DNA of 64,000 nt from a virus: IMG/VR virus record IMGVR_UViG_3300049434_000014, positions 32,001 through 96,000 of that record; one strand, written 5' to 3'. The notes beneath the pieces were generated by a model. The model was not told the DNA's origin and did no database searches. It saw only the letters and a program-made list of their open reading frames with translations. This document shows, piece after piece, positions 48,165-56,931 of this stretch; within the stretch, counting starts at the first letter, position 1; every line of letters starts with the position of its first letter. The position numbers were made by a program, and so were the translations under genes.

Positions 48165-48414
48165 AGCGAAGGCTCTGCTTGTAGACATCTGGTGGGAAGA
48201 GCCGATGCGTTTTGCGGCTATCCCTATTGCTGCTTGGCCTGCTTATGCCGAGTTGTGTCAGAGCGGTGTGCTGGCCCCGTTTACGACAGGTGGATCTGGC
48301 CGTCGTGGTATTCGAGTCAACATTCGTGGACGCAAGCTTGCTGAGGAGTTGGCTGTGATGGACGATTTCAACGGTGGATGGCAGTGGATGAGTGAGCGTT
48401 ATGAAAGATCTTAA
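48154..48414 (+). CDS. hypothetical protein, possibly winged-helix-like
   Basis: Overlap-coupled ORF; EL...G.L.........V..RG..LA. Confidence 0.5.
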   Translation: MTDEAKALLVDIWWEEPMRFAAIPIAAWPAYAELCQSGVLAPFTTGGSGRRGIRVNIRGRKLAEELAVMDDFNGGWQWMSERYERS

Positions 48415-48739
48415 GCCTGGTACGAGGATCTATCTTTCGTATCAACGTTTTGTTCATGCGTTGTGGTTTGGTACTGCTGTTGTGGTGTCGTATGATTCAC
48501 ATTACGAAGAGTACGTGATCGATCGTGATCCTGGCTCAGCTACGGATAAGTTGGCGCCTCTGCGTCAGCGTTGGCCTGAGCATCACGCTCATCGCGCGAA
48601 GTATCAGCCGGGTGTGGAGCCGGATGAGCGCGTTCTACCGGGTGTGTATCCTGCTGTGTCTAAGCGTTTGATTGAGTTGGGGTATCGTAAGGGTACTCAT
48701 TTTACGGTCCCGCTTGAGCCTTCTGACGAGATGGTTTGA
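48401..48739 (+). CDS. hypothetical protein
   Basis: Overlap-coupled ORF. Confidence 0.55.
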   Translation: MKDLKPGTRIYLSYQRFVHALWFGTAVVVSYDSHYEEYVIDRDPGSATDKLAPLRQRWPEHHAHRAKYQPGVEPDERVLPGVYPAVSKRLIELGYRKGTHFTVPLEPSDEMV

Positions 48740-48986
48740 TATGAATCAGGATGTCGAGGAGACTCGCGCTCGCTGGCTGCAGATGCACAGCGCCAATCAT
48801 CATGTGGTGGCGTTTTTGAAGGCTGGCGCGGAGAAGCAGAATTCTGCACCTTCGCTTAACGAGCAGTACCGTTTGATTTACACGTTCTATCTTGCGCATG
48901 GGTTTATTCCGGCGCACGCTTGGCTTTGTCTGTTGAGGATTCTCGCGGAGCGCAACTAACCGTGACCCATTCGGGTAGGACGTTGC

Positions 48987-49262
48987 ATGGCTACCCGGAC
49001 ACTGAGATTCACTGAGCCCACTATGGTTTATGAGGGCTTGCAACTTGCTGATCGGCAGACTCCCGTGGAGGACATCCCTCGTCGGATTCGTCAGACGATT
49101 CAGGAGTTGGAAGTCGTCGGCCTGGTCGCTCAGGAGTCTGTTCGCTCGGGTAGGGGGAGACGAGTTCCCCAGTTGTGTCTGACACAAGATGGTCGTAGGC
49201 GTTTGCTTACCGCCAGGCGTGCGATGTTGGATGCGGCGTCAGCACCTGTGATGGTTAATTAG
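48987..49262 (+). CDS. small winged-helix-like protein (paralog of 40703..40951)
   Basis: ATG 8 nt after GGGTAG; EL...GLV.....LT..G...L..ARR. Confidence 0.6.
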   Translation: MATRTLRFTEPTMVYEGLQLADRQTPVEDIPRRIRQTIQELEVVGLVAQESVRSGRGRRVPQLCLTQDGRRRLLTARRAMLDAASAPVMVN

Positions 49263-49621
49263 GGAGATGTCGTGTTCGGTGGCAGCAAAGAGAAGTGCTC
49301 GAATTCGAGTGTTTGGGGTTGTAATAATTATGCGACCTCGAAGGTGAAGGGTGTTCTTGTGTGCGATTCGTGCAATGTGTACTCGGGTAACGTCACTACG
49401 GTGCGAGGCAATCGTGCGTTCGTGGTGGTCTCTAAGAGGTAGTTAGGGGAGGCGTCGGGGCCTCCTTTTGAGGAGTGGATGAGCATGGAGTGGGCTTTGT
49501 TGGAGCTGGATGAAGATAGTATTTGGCAGGTGGTAGGACAGACCGCTCATGAGGAGAAAGCCTCTGAGTTTCTCGATGACGCAGACGATGGTTTGCGTAA
49601 AGTGATCCCCTTGGAGTAGTC

Positions 49622-50482
49622 GTGCTTCCACCATTTTACTATTTTTCTTCAAAGCTGCTGACGCATCTTAACTCGGCTACGAAGTATCCGTCGATTCCTA
49701 CGTACCATGCGTTGGGTGAGCGTGGTCGTCTGACGGAGGCGCGCAATGTTGTCTTTGATGGACCGGTTAACGTGTCTGAGAAGATCGACGGTGTTAATGC
49801 GCGTATCATCTTGCCACCGTGGGGTCAACGGGGCGGTAATCCTATCCTCGGGTCGCGCGAGGAGTTGCTGCACTACGTTGGAGATTTGATTTACAATCCT
49901 ACTGAGGGAATTGTAGATACGATACTTCCGGTTTTGACTTTGCCTCCGGAGACTTTGCCGGGTACGGAGATGCAGCAGCGTCGTGCGTTGGGGCAGGAGT
50001 CTTCGAATATCATCGTGATTTACGGTGAGGTCTATGGTGGAACTACCACTACGCGTAAGCAGTATACGTGTGCGGGCGTGCCTGGTTTCCGTGTGTTCGA
50101 TATCGCTATAATTGATCCTGATGTGTTGGATTGGCCTGTTGAGAAGATCTCTTCGTGGCGTCAACATGGTGGACAACAGTTCTTAAATTATGCATCCATG
50201 GTGGAGTTGGCTACGGATGCTCTGTTGTCGGTGGTGCCTCAGTTGGCTGCCAGTGCTCCCCCGGTGGGTGTTGCTGACACGTCGGAGTGGTTGGGTCGGA
50301 CGATTTCGCATAGTTACGCTGTGTTAGATGATGGTGCTGTTGGCCGTCCCGAGGGGTTGGTTGTGCGGTCGGAAGATCGATCGAAGATCGCTAAGATTCG
50401 GTTCGAAGACTATAGGCGCACGTTGACACCTCCTGTTCCTACGAAGAAGCGAGGTTCGAGTGGGAAGTCCGAGCAGGGCTGA
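49622..50482 (+). CDS. RNA ligase family nucleotidyltransferase (Rnl2-like)
   Basis: KYPSI, EKIDG.N (motif I), GSR, YGE.YG, FRVFD, EGLVVR (IV) and AKIR (V); true start may be downstream. Confidence 0.8.
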   Translation: MLPPFYYFSSKLLTHLNSATKYPSIPTYHALGERGRLTEARNVVFDGPVNVSEKIDGVNARIILPPWGQRGGNPILGSREELLHYVGDLIYNPTEGIVDTILPVLTLPPETLPGTEMQQRRALGQESSNIIVIYGEVYGGTTTTRKQYTCAGVPGFRVFDIAIIDPDVLDWPVEKISSWRQHGGQQFLNYASMVELATDALLSVVPQLAASAPPVGVADTSEWLGRTISHSYAVLDDGAVGRPEGLVVRSEDRSKIAKIRFEDYRRTLTPPVPTKKRGSSGKSEQG

Positions 50483-50516
50483 TCGTCCCGCTGTCGCGGG
50501 TCATGTTGAGCAGCCC

Positions 50517-50861
50517 ATGCCTGCTCCTGTGGTGGGTGCTGTGGGCACGCACGAGCTGATGCTGGGCGACCTTGGGTGGGTGTTTCCCGCTCAGGCACGC
50601 GAGGCTCTGGCGGTCATCATTGAGGAGCGGATGCGCATCGGGCTGGCGCGTTATGGTCAGCCGTTGCAGCCTGGCAATGGTCGGTCGGATCTGCGTGATG
50701 CGCTCGAGGAGGCGGTCGACCTCGCGGCTTATCTGTGCAATGCCGATCGTGCGGGTGTGGGCGGGGCTGTGCCTCTTGACCAGATGTATCGGATGGCCAT
50801 TCGTATGGCTGCGTGGCTTGCTTTGGCTGTGTCTAATGAGGTAGAGGTGTCTGACGGGTAG
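50517..50861 (+). CDS. hypothetical protein, all-alpha (dATP/dGTP diphosphohydrolase-like fold possible)
   Basis: R...G..RYG..L...NGR..LRDA.EE..D...YL motif. Confidence 0.55.
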   Translation: MPAPVVGAVGTHELMLGDLGWVFPAQAREALAVIIEERMRIGLARYGQPLQPGNGRSDLRDALEEAVDLAAYLCNADRAGVGGAVPLDQMYRMAIRMAAWLALAVSNEVEVSDG

Positions 50862-50869
50862 TACTCGTC

Positions 50870-51298
50870 ATGCCTATCTCGATTGAGAAGATGCAGGTTG
50901 CTTTCTGTGACGCGTGCGGTACTCGTCGTGTTGCGTCCGTTGATGAACCTCTCCTAGGAGCTACTGGGACGGTTCAGGTTGACGAAGACTTCGGCGGATA
51001 CGTAATAAAGTTTTTCTCGTGTCAGACTACTGCCGAGCATATTGCTTTGGCTTATGCGCGGGCTCGCGAGACTGAGTTTGATCCGGCTCCTGTGGTGCCT
51101 GTCGTCGTGGAACGTGCCGACGATCCGTGGCCTAAGCGTCGTTCCCCTCGCCGTCCTGCGGACGTTTTGGTCGCTGAGTTGCGCGAGTTGTGGATCAATG
51201 ATGGCGCGCGTCCTTCTATCACCAAGGTGAAGAGGGTTCTCCACGTTGGCGAGAAACGGGCAAAGTACCTACTCAGTATGACTCCTGACCCTACGTGA
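50870..51298 (+). CDS. hypothetical protein with C-terminal HTH-like domain
   Basis: CDAC; PSI..VK..LHVG..RA..L. Confidence 0.55.
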   Translation: MPISIEKMQVAFCDACGTRRVASVDEPLLGATGTVQVDEDFGGYVIKFFSCQTTAEHIALAYARARETEFDPAPVVPVVVERADDPWPKRRSPRRPADVLVAELRELWINDGARPSITKVKRVLHVGEKRAKYLLSMTPDPT

Positions 51299-51530
51299 GG
51301 TTGTAGTAATGCGATTGTCTGGACCGGAGCCTGCACGTTTTGAGGCAGGTCTTTGTAGTTGGAATGTAGCATGGCCAGGTAGCACAGTGTCTAGATACTG
51401 TAAGGATGAACGCGAGGGTATCTATATCTACTGTTTCCCGCATTGTGAGATTGCCATCATGCGTGATGGTGCTATCTGGGAGGATTTGCGTCTTTCGTAG
51501 GGTTTCTTTCATGGTCGGGTAGGACGATGA

Positions 51531-52067
51531 ATGTCGATGTCATGTCCTCCCCGAATTCCGGGCGTCGATCCTTATGTGCAGTCTGGCGTGCACGAGATAG
51601 GACATGCTCTTGTATCAGGTCGTAGTGAAACCAACGCGACAGTTCTTAGTGTAGAGATTTGGGAACAAGACGGCCACGTTGTTGGCATGGTGATCAGTGA
51701 AATCCCTGAGACACCTAATGGCATAGGCGTCCGGGTTGAGCGTAATTCCTGGGTTGCCCCAGAGGATCTCTATGCGGCGTGTGTCAGTTCGGTAGCTGGA
51801 CAGCTTGCTGAGGCCATGTGGTTAGTGCGCCATCACGACTTTGACTTGTCTGAGGCTCTTGCTGCCACGAACGATACGGCTTGGTTCGATCAGGCCAATT
51901 TTCGACGGTATGCTGATTTGTTACGTCCTGTGATGCCGGACATCTCTGTGCGCGGGTGTCGCGCGGAGGCTGGTGCTTACCTTCGGAAGAGGTGGTCTGA
52001 CGTGGAGCGGTTGGGCAAGAAGTTGGCTAATCGACATTCCCTACGGCCATCGTTGGTGACTGCATAA
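51531..52067 (+). CDS. M41/FtsH-like zinc metallopeptidase domain protein
   Basis: HEIGHA motif and AG..AE third-ligand region. Confidence 0.65.
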   Translation: MSMSCPPRIPGVDPYVQSGVHEIGHALVSGRSETNATVLSVEIWEQDGHVVGMVISEIPETPNGIGVRVERNSWVAPEDLYAACVSSVAGQLAEAMWLVRHHDFDLSEALAATNDTAWFDQANFRRYADLLRPVMPDISVRGCRAEAGAYLRKRWSDVERLGKKLANRHSLRPSLVTA

Positions 52068-52618
52068 TGAGCGATCTTGAGTACGATAAGCTTCGCGCGG
52101 CTGCTATTCATGAGACGGGGCATGCATGGCTTGGTTCCACTATTGGTCTTGACTTAAAGAAGATCAGTATGTGGAAGAGTTTTATGGCCGTCGCGGGTGA
52201 GGTGACTGTTGATAGGTCTAAGACGTTAGGTGTTTTCGAAGACGATTTCGACATGCTTGCTTTGTTTTATGTTGGCGGTCAGGAAGCCGAGTCAATATGG
52301 CTCGCGAGTGTTTACTCTTTAAGTATTTTTGAGGCACGACATATTACTAATGCTAGTTCTCGTTATGATAGGCGTTCGTTTCGAGAGTTAGCTCACTGTG
52401 CTGGTGTGGTGAGAGGTACTGTCGAGGCTCAGGCTAATGCGATTCTGAAGAGACACTGGCCTTCGATTGAACTTCTTGCTGACCGACTTGAATACAAACG
52501 TACTATGACTGCCGCTCCTGTGAATGCTGCAGTTGGTTCTAAGAATACTGATGGTTCACGACGTATTAAGAAGGTTACTCCGGAGATGTTGGTCGGAGCA
52601 CGTCCAGGGAGACACTGA
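52067..52618 (+). CDS. M41/FtsH-like zinc metallopeptidase domain protein (tandem paralog)
   Basis: AIHETGHA, GG..AE and A..IL...W..IE.LA..L. Confidence 0.7.
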   Translation: MSDLEYDKLRAAAIHETGHAWLGSTIGLDLKKISMWKSFMAVAGEVTVDRSKTLGVFEDDFDMLALFYVGGQEAESIWLASVYSLSIFEARHITNASSRYDRRSFRELAHCAGVVRGTVEAQANAILKRHWPSIELLADRLEYKRTMTAAPVNAAVGSKNTDGSRRIKKVTPEMLVGARPGRH

Positions 52619-52893
52619 TGGCTGATTATATTAACTGTGGTGCTTGGACTTCACGCGGCATTCGTGTTCAGACTAAGTCTGAGTTGAAGTCACTGATTGC
52701 ACAAGATCCTGATTTTGTTCGTTTCGATCCTACTTCTATGCATCCAGGTTCGAACAATAATGGTGAGGATATACACGGGGGTTCCATACCTGATGGAGTT
52801 ATTCTTTCGGTGTGTGGACCGGATCCGGCACGTAATCGGAAGTGGTATGCGATGGTGACGAAAGGCAAGCGCGGCGGGATCAAAGTTTCTTGA
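52618..52893 (+). CDS. hypothetical protein (family of three tandem paralogs)
   Basis: TK..LK..I...P..V.F..TS...GP.P...RKWYA.V. Confidence 0.65.
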   Translation: MADYINCGAWTSRGIRVQTKSELKSLIAQDPDFVRFDPTSMHPGSNNNGEDIHGGSIPDGVILSVCGPDPARNRKWYAMVTKGKRGGIKVS

Positions 52894-52932
52894 GTTGCGG
52901 GTAGGACTCGCAGCAAGTGGAGGGAGTGTTTC

Positions 52933-53184
52933 ATGGCAAATACAGTGCCGGTGGTGACGGCTCATACTCCTGATGGTCGTCAGATTGCCGGTCCGACGGT
53001 ATTGGCGATGTTCTTGGAGAGGCAGCCAGATACCCTTACGTTCATCTCTGTTGATGGGGGTGATCAGTTCAAGCCCACCCAGATGCCGGGTAAGGCTCAG
53101 GTCAAGGTGAATGGGCGAGGGGGAGGTGGAAAGGCGGCTACGGTTACTCGTTCGAGCAACCGTGGGGGATTCACGGTTAAGTAA
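52933..53184 (+). CDS. hypothetical protein (paralog)
   Basis: GGGAG RBS; L...L...P..L.F pattern. Confidence 0.6.
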   Translation: MANTVPVVTAHTPDGRQIAGPTVLAMFLERQPDTLTFISVDGGDQFKPTQMPGKAQVKVNGRGGGGKAATVTRSSNRGGFTVK

Positions 53185-53201
53185 CGAGAGGTTGGTCGAG
53201 C

Positions 53202-53459
53202 ATGGCTAATGCCACTGCATACAAGGCAAAGGTTGTCAAAGACAACGGCGGGAAGGTGAAGGACGCGACAGAGCTGGCTGATCTGTTGAAGAAGGATCCG
53301 GCCATGGTGACGTTCGATTTGTCCAATCCTGGCAAGGGTGCTCAGGCTGGCGCTCCTAATACGCCTGGCGACAAGCTCCCCAAGAATACCGTCTTGGAGG
53401 TCGCAGGAATCAACGCGAAGGTGACGGTAAACAACAAGGGGGTGCCTACCGTTACCTAA
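53202..53459 (+). CDS. hypothetical protein (paralog)
   Basis: GAGG RBS; EL..LL..DP..V.FD pattern. Confidence 0.65.
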   Translation: MANATAYKAKVVKDNGGKVKDATELADLLKKDPAMVTFDLSNPGKGAQAGAPNTPGDKLPKNTVLEVAGINAKVTVNNKGVPTVT

Positions 53460-53472
53460 CGATTGTGTTTCG

Positions 53473-53515
53473 ACAGAGGCCCCTTTCACTTAATCACTGG
53501 TGAGAGGGGCCTCTT
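53473..53515 (+). terminator. hairpin terminator
   Basis: AGAGGCCCCTTTCAC...GTGAGAGGGGCCTCT. Confidence 0.65.
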
Positions 53516-53560
53516 GTTGGGTAGTACTGGTTGTCATTCAATCTGGAAGGAGGGACTGTC

Positions 53561-53842
53561 ATGGATTGGCGCCATCGTGCTGAGTGTCGCAACGAGGACC
53601 CAGAGCTGTTCTACCCTGCTGGCACCAGCGGTCCGGCCTTGCTCCAGATCGCCGAGGCTAAGGCTGTGTGTCGTCGGTGTCCTGTCGTCAACGAGTGCCT
53701 GAACTGGGCTATGAAGTCGGGCCAGGATTCCGGCGTCTGGGGCGGGATGGATGAAGGGGAGCGTCGGGTGCTTAAGCGTCGCAGGGCTGAGTGGACTCGT
53801 AAGCATGGCCGCGAGGCCGCTGAAGAGCTGACGTCTGTGTAG
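53561..53842 (+). CDS. whiB: WhiB-family Fe-S transcription factor (WhiB1-like)
   Basis: MDWRHRAEC..EDPELF.P.G.SGPALLQI.EAK.VC.RCPV...CL.WA...GQD.GVWGG..E.ERR. Confidence 0.95.
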   Translation: MDWRHRAECRNEDPELFYPAGTSGPALLQIAEAKAVCRRCPVVNECLNWAMKSGQDSGVWGGMDEGERRVLKRRRAEWTRKHGREAAEELTSV

Positions 53843-53889
53843 GTGGTCTGCCCGGTGTGGATCTCTGTTCGCACCGGGTATGACCTGAG

Positions 53890-54078
53890 ATGATGGTATG
53901 GATTCTCGAGATTCTTGCAGTGGTTTTCCTGTGGTTTCTCAAAGCGTCAGGCATTTATCCAGACATGTCGTGGTTAGTTGTACTGGCTCCGATTTGGGTT
54001 CCTTACGGTATCGTTCTCATGCTTGGCTACTTTGCGACTCTTCTTCCGGGTAAGCGTTCGAGACGTCGTGCAAGATAG
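53890..54078 (+). CDS. small membrane protein
   Basis: L..VF..LK..G....SW..VLAPIW motif. Confidence 0.6.
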   Translation: MMVWILEILAVVFLWFLKASGIYPDMSWLVVLAPIWVPYGIVLMLGYFATLLPGKRSRRRAR

Positions 54079-54124
54079 TTACTCTACGTAGTAACGTTCT
54101 GCGTCTGTCTTGCGATATCTAAGT

Positions 54125-54421
54125 ATGACCGATTTCGACGAGCCAGTAGATTTTGACGAGGTAGCTTGCGACGAGGAATCTTTGACTTCTCTGATTGAGG
54201 GAGGTTACGTCGATGGCGAAGCGCTCTTTTTCATCCTCGCTCGTTGGAGAGCTGCGATGGACGTGGTGGGGATTCCTGAGTTGGTGGGCACGCACGAAGC
54301 CATGGCTGTGATTCGGAGCGCTCGCAGATGGCGCCGTTGGGATATCTTTACGAAGTACTTTTTTTGGTTTCTGTTTTTGTTACCAGTAATGCTCTCTCTA
54401 ACTATGTCGATAGGTGTTTAG
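54125..54421 (+). CDS. hypothetical protein with C-terminal TM segment
   Basis: Leaderless after GTAAC-N17-CGATA at 54091. Confidence 0.55.
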   Translation: MTDFDEPVDFDEVACDEESLTSLIEGGYVDGEALFFILARWRAAMDVVGIPELVGTHEAMAVIRSARRWRRWDIFTKYFFWFLFLLPVMLSLTMSIGV

Positions 54422-54700
54422 CATGGACGAGTATGTGGCCATAGATTGGAAGCAACGCGCTTACGAGGAAAATGAAAAGTGTGCTAAGTACCGTGAGCTT
54501 TTGTGTGCGATGACTGGGTTGCCTATTAATGCTTCGTTGCATCAGCATCGGTTTGCTGCAGAGCAGCTTAAGAAACGTTGGCGTCAGATAGCCGCTTTGG
54601 CTGATCGTTGGGACAAGATCCCTTACGGTCGTGGGTCGTCTATCTCGTGCGCTCGGGACTTGCGTAAGGCTTTGGGTATCGCAGAGGGTAGTACTGAGAC

Positions 54701-54892
54701 ATGATGCGAACTATTGATGTAGCTGCTGTAACTGAGTTACTGGATGAGTGGGATACCCAAATCTCTGACGATGATTCAGCGCGTATTCAGTTTGCTGCCA
54801 AGGAGCGTCTGCTCAGAGAGATTGAGTTCGAGGCTCGAGTGAAGGTTCGTCGCACGATGGCTGCTGAGGTTCGGGCGGCGTTAGGGCTATGA
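54701..54892 (+). CDS. hypothetical protein
   Basis: ATG 9 nt after GGGTAG. Confidence 0.55.
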   Translation: MMRTIDVAAVTELLDEWDTQISDDDSARIQFAAKERLLREIEFEARVKVRRTMAAEVRAALGL

Positions 54893-55175
54893 CGCTTTCG
54901 GGCACTGATCTTGTGGTCTGCCTGCTCGCTGCAGGCTTGTGTGCTTTCATCGCTGGCTGGATCGCCTGCTGGGCGGTCGCGATGCGTTATGGGGAGCTGA
55001 CGGGACGGTTCCGGGAGCGTAAGGATCGTGCACGTCGTCCCCACGTTGCTCTCATTGCTATTCCCTCGGGCGTGGCTGCTGCGCTTGCTGTTCCTGTTGA
55101 GCCTGATGTTAACGAAGAGCATGAGTTGATCTCGACGTGGGCGGCACATAAAGTCGTGACTGGGTAGTACTTGTT

Positions 55176-55562
55176 ATGACTATCGTATCGTGGGCCTCTC
55201 AGACTCAAGCGTTACGAAATGTGGCTGCAGCCGAGCTGTTGGAGGAAGCAGCCAGGCCGATGATCAGTGCGATTAAGACTCTGTCTAAGGACAATGGTGG
55301 TCGTCGTGGTATTGCTTCTACTACTGCCCTTGTTACGTTGCGGAGCGCTGTCAGGCTTTTGGTTGATGAAGCTGGTCTGCTTCGATTGGAAGCGCTCGCC
55401 GTCACGCATCGTCATTGCGATGATTGCAATCGTAGGCAAGATGAGCATTGTCCTGGCGAGGGTGCTGACGTTGTGTGTGGCGCCTGTCCGCTTCCTGATT
55501 CGCCGCATCCGGACCCTGCTTGTCGGATGATGTCTCGATCCGGAGGGTGGGTTCGGCGATGA
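55176..55562 (+). CDS. hypothetical protein, Cys-rich C-terminus
   Basis: ATG 8 nt after GGGTAG. Confidence 0.55.
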   Translation: MTIVSWASQTQALRNVAAAELLEEAARPMISAIKTLSKDNGGRRGIASTTALVTLRSAVRLLVDEAGLLRLEALAVTHRHCDDCNRRQDEHCPGEGADVVCGACPLPDSPHPDPACRMMSRSGGWVRR

Positions 55563-55948
55563 CTCGGTCAGCGGTCACTTTGAATTACGTTCGGGCTCAC
55601 GAGTTGGCAGCGCAGCGTCTGGAGACACAAGTTGACGTACTCTCGCTGCAGTGCAATGGCATGAAGCTGAAAGCTGCTCGCGGCAGTTCTATGTTCTCGG
55701 ATCCTGGGGACATGGCTGCGTATTACCTTATTGACGATTTGCGTAAGGCGTCGAAGACTTTGTTGAATTCAGCACAGGCGCATCGGGCGCGAGCTACTGC
55801 CTTCCTGAACGCTCCGTGTCCCGCTTGTCTTGCGGGCCAGCGTTCGCACTGTGCTAGTTGTGGATCGTGTGCTGTTGCAAATCGTGGTCCGTCGTGTCGG
55901 GATCTTGAGTGTGAGTTGGCGAGTTCTCGCGTGTCTGTTGATACGTGA
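55559..55948 (+). CDS. hypothetical protein, Cys-rich C-terminus
   Basis: ATGA coupling; CPAC..HC..C..C. Confidence 0.55.
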   Translation: MTRSAVTLNYVRAHELAAQRLETQVDVLSLQCNGMKLKAARGSSMFSDPGDMAAYYLIDDLRKASKTLLNSAQAHRARATAFLNAPCPACLAGQRSHCASCGSCAVANRGPSCRDLECELASSRVSVDT

Positions 55949-55961
55949 GGTATGATCGTTT

Positions 55962-56080
55962 CGACAAGTCAGTTCTTTACGCTTCGAGCCTTCCTGACAA
56001 GTCCAATCATGTCTTTTTCAGTTCGACTCGACTATTCTTGTCCATTCACCTCGCCTCGAGGCGTTTGACTTTTTCGTCCT
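55962..56080 (+). repeat. phased pentamer array 1 (3-4 units, YGACWR + (NYC-NN)n)
   Basis: Anchors at 55962, 55995, 56029 and 56066. Confidence 0.7.
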
Positions 56081-56098
56081 AAATGGGAGAATTCTGTT

Positions 56099-56302
56099 AT
56101 GGATCTACGTATTGGTGTCGCGGCTGTGGTTCTCGCTGTTGCAGCGCTTGTGTCTGGCGTCGCGTGGGGAAGTTCTGCGTCGACGTCTACGACTGTGTTG
56201 GCTTGTGGGGATACTCCTGGCTTCTGTCCTAATCCTCCGACGACGGCGCATGAATCGAACATGCGTGATGGGCAGATCGTCGGCGGGACTCACGATTTCT
56301 AG
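56099..56302 (+). CDS. small secreted protein
   Basis: Signal peptide; GGGAG RBS. Confidence 0.55.
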   Translation: MDLRIGVAAVVLAVAALVSGVAWGSSASTSTTVLACGDTPGFCPNPPTTAHESNMRDGQIVGGTHDF

Positions 56303-56931
56303 GAGTTAGTTGCTGGGCCTTCGGGTAGGACTTGACACTTGCTGTCTACCCGGAGGTGTGTTATGACTCTTAACATGGTCGGTGTTGTGGTTGTACTGGC
56401 TCTCGTATTTGCTTTAGTCGTCATTATGAAGCGACACCAGACTCAGCACTGTAATCACTTGCATCATCTGTCTAATGCTTTGGTCGGTCTGGTCGCTTTC
56501 ATCGATGAGCGCGTTCCGGGGGAGCTTCCCGAGGAGACGCGGAGTTTCGTCGCTGACTACACTGCGCAGTGGAGTACTGACGAGTATGTAGAGGAGCCGG
56601 TCGGGGATAAGAGTGTCTGATTCTGACTTGACTCCTATTTACGATCAGCTTTCGCAGGAGCATGAGACTCATACTGGAGTTTTCACTCCGGACGATCCGT
56701 TGGATACTTCTGTGCCTCTCCCAGTTGATCCTGTGGTCGCGGCGGCAGATATCGACCCTGTTGTGGGTCGCCCAAGCTCCGAGTAGCTCGTTAGTCATGC
56801 ATGGCTGGACGGGTATGACTAGTCATGGTCTTGTTTAGCACATCGATACTATCTGTGCTTTTCTGGCTCGCTGGTATGAGCGGTCGGTGTGCTGCGCGTC
56901 GTGATCACCAGTTCTATCTGAGGGAGACAGT

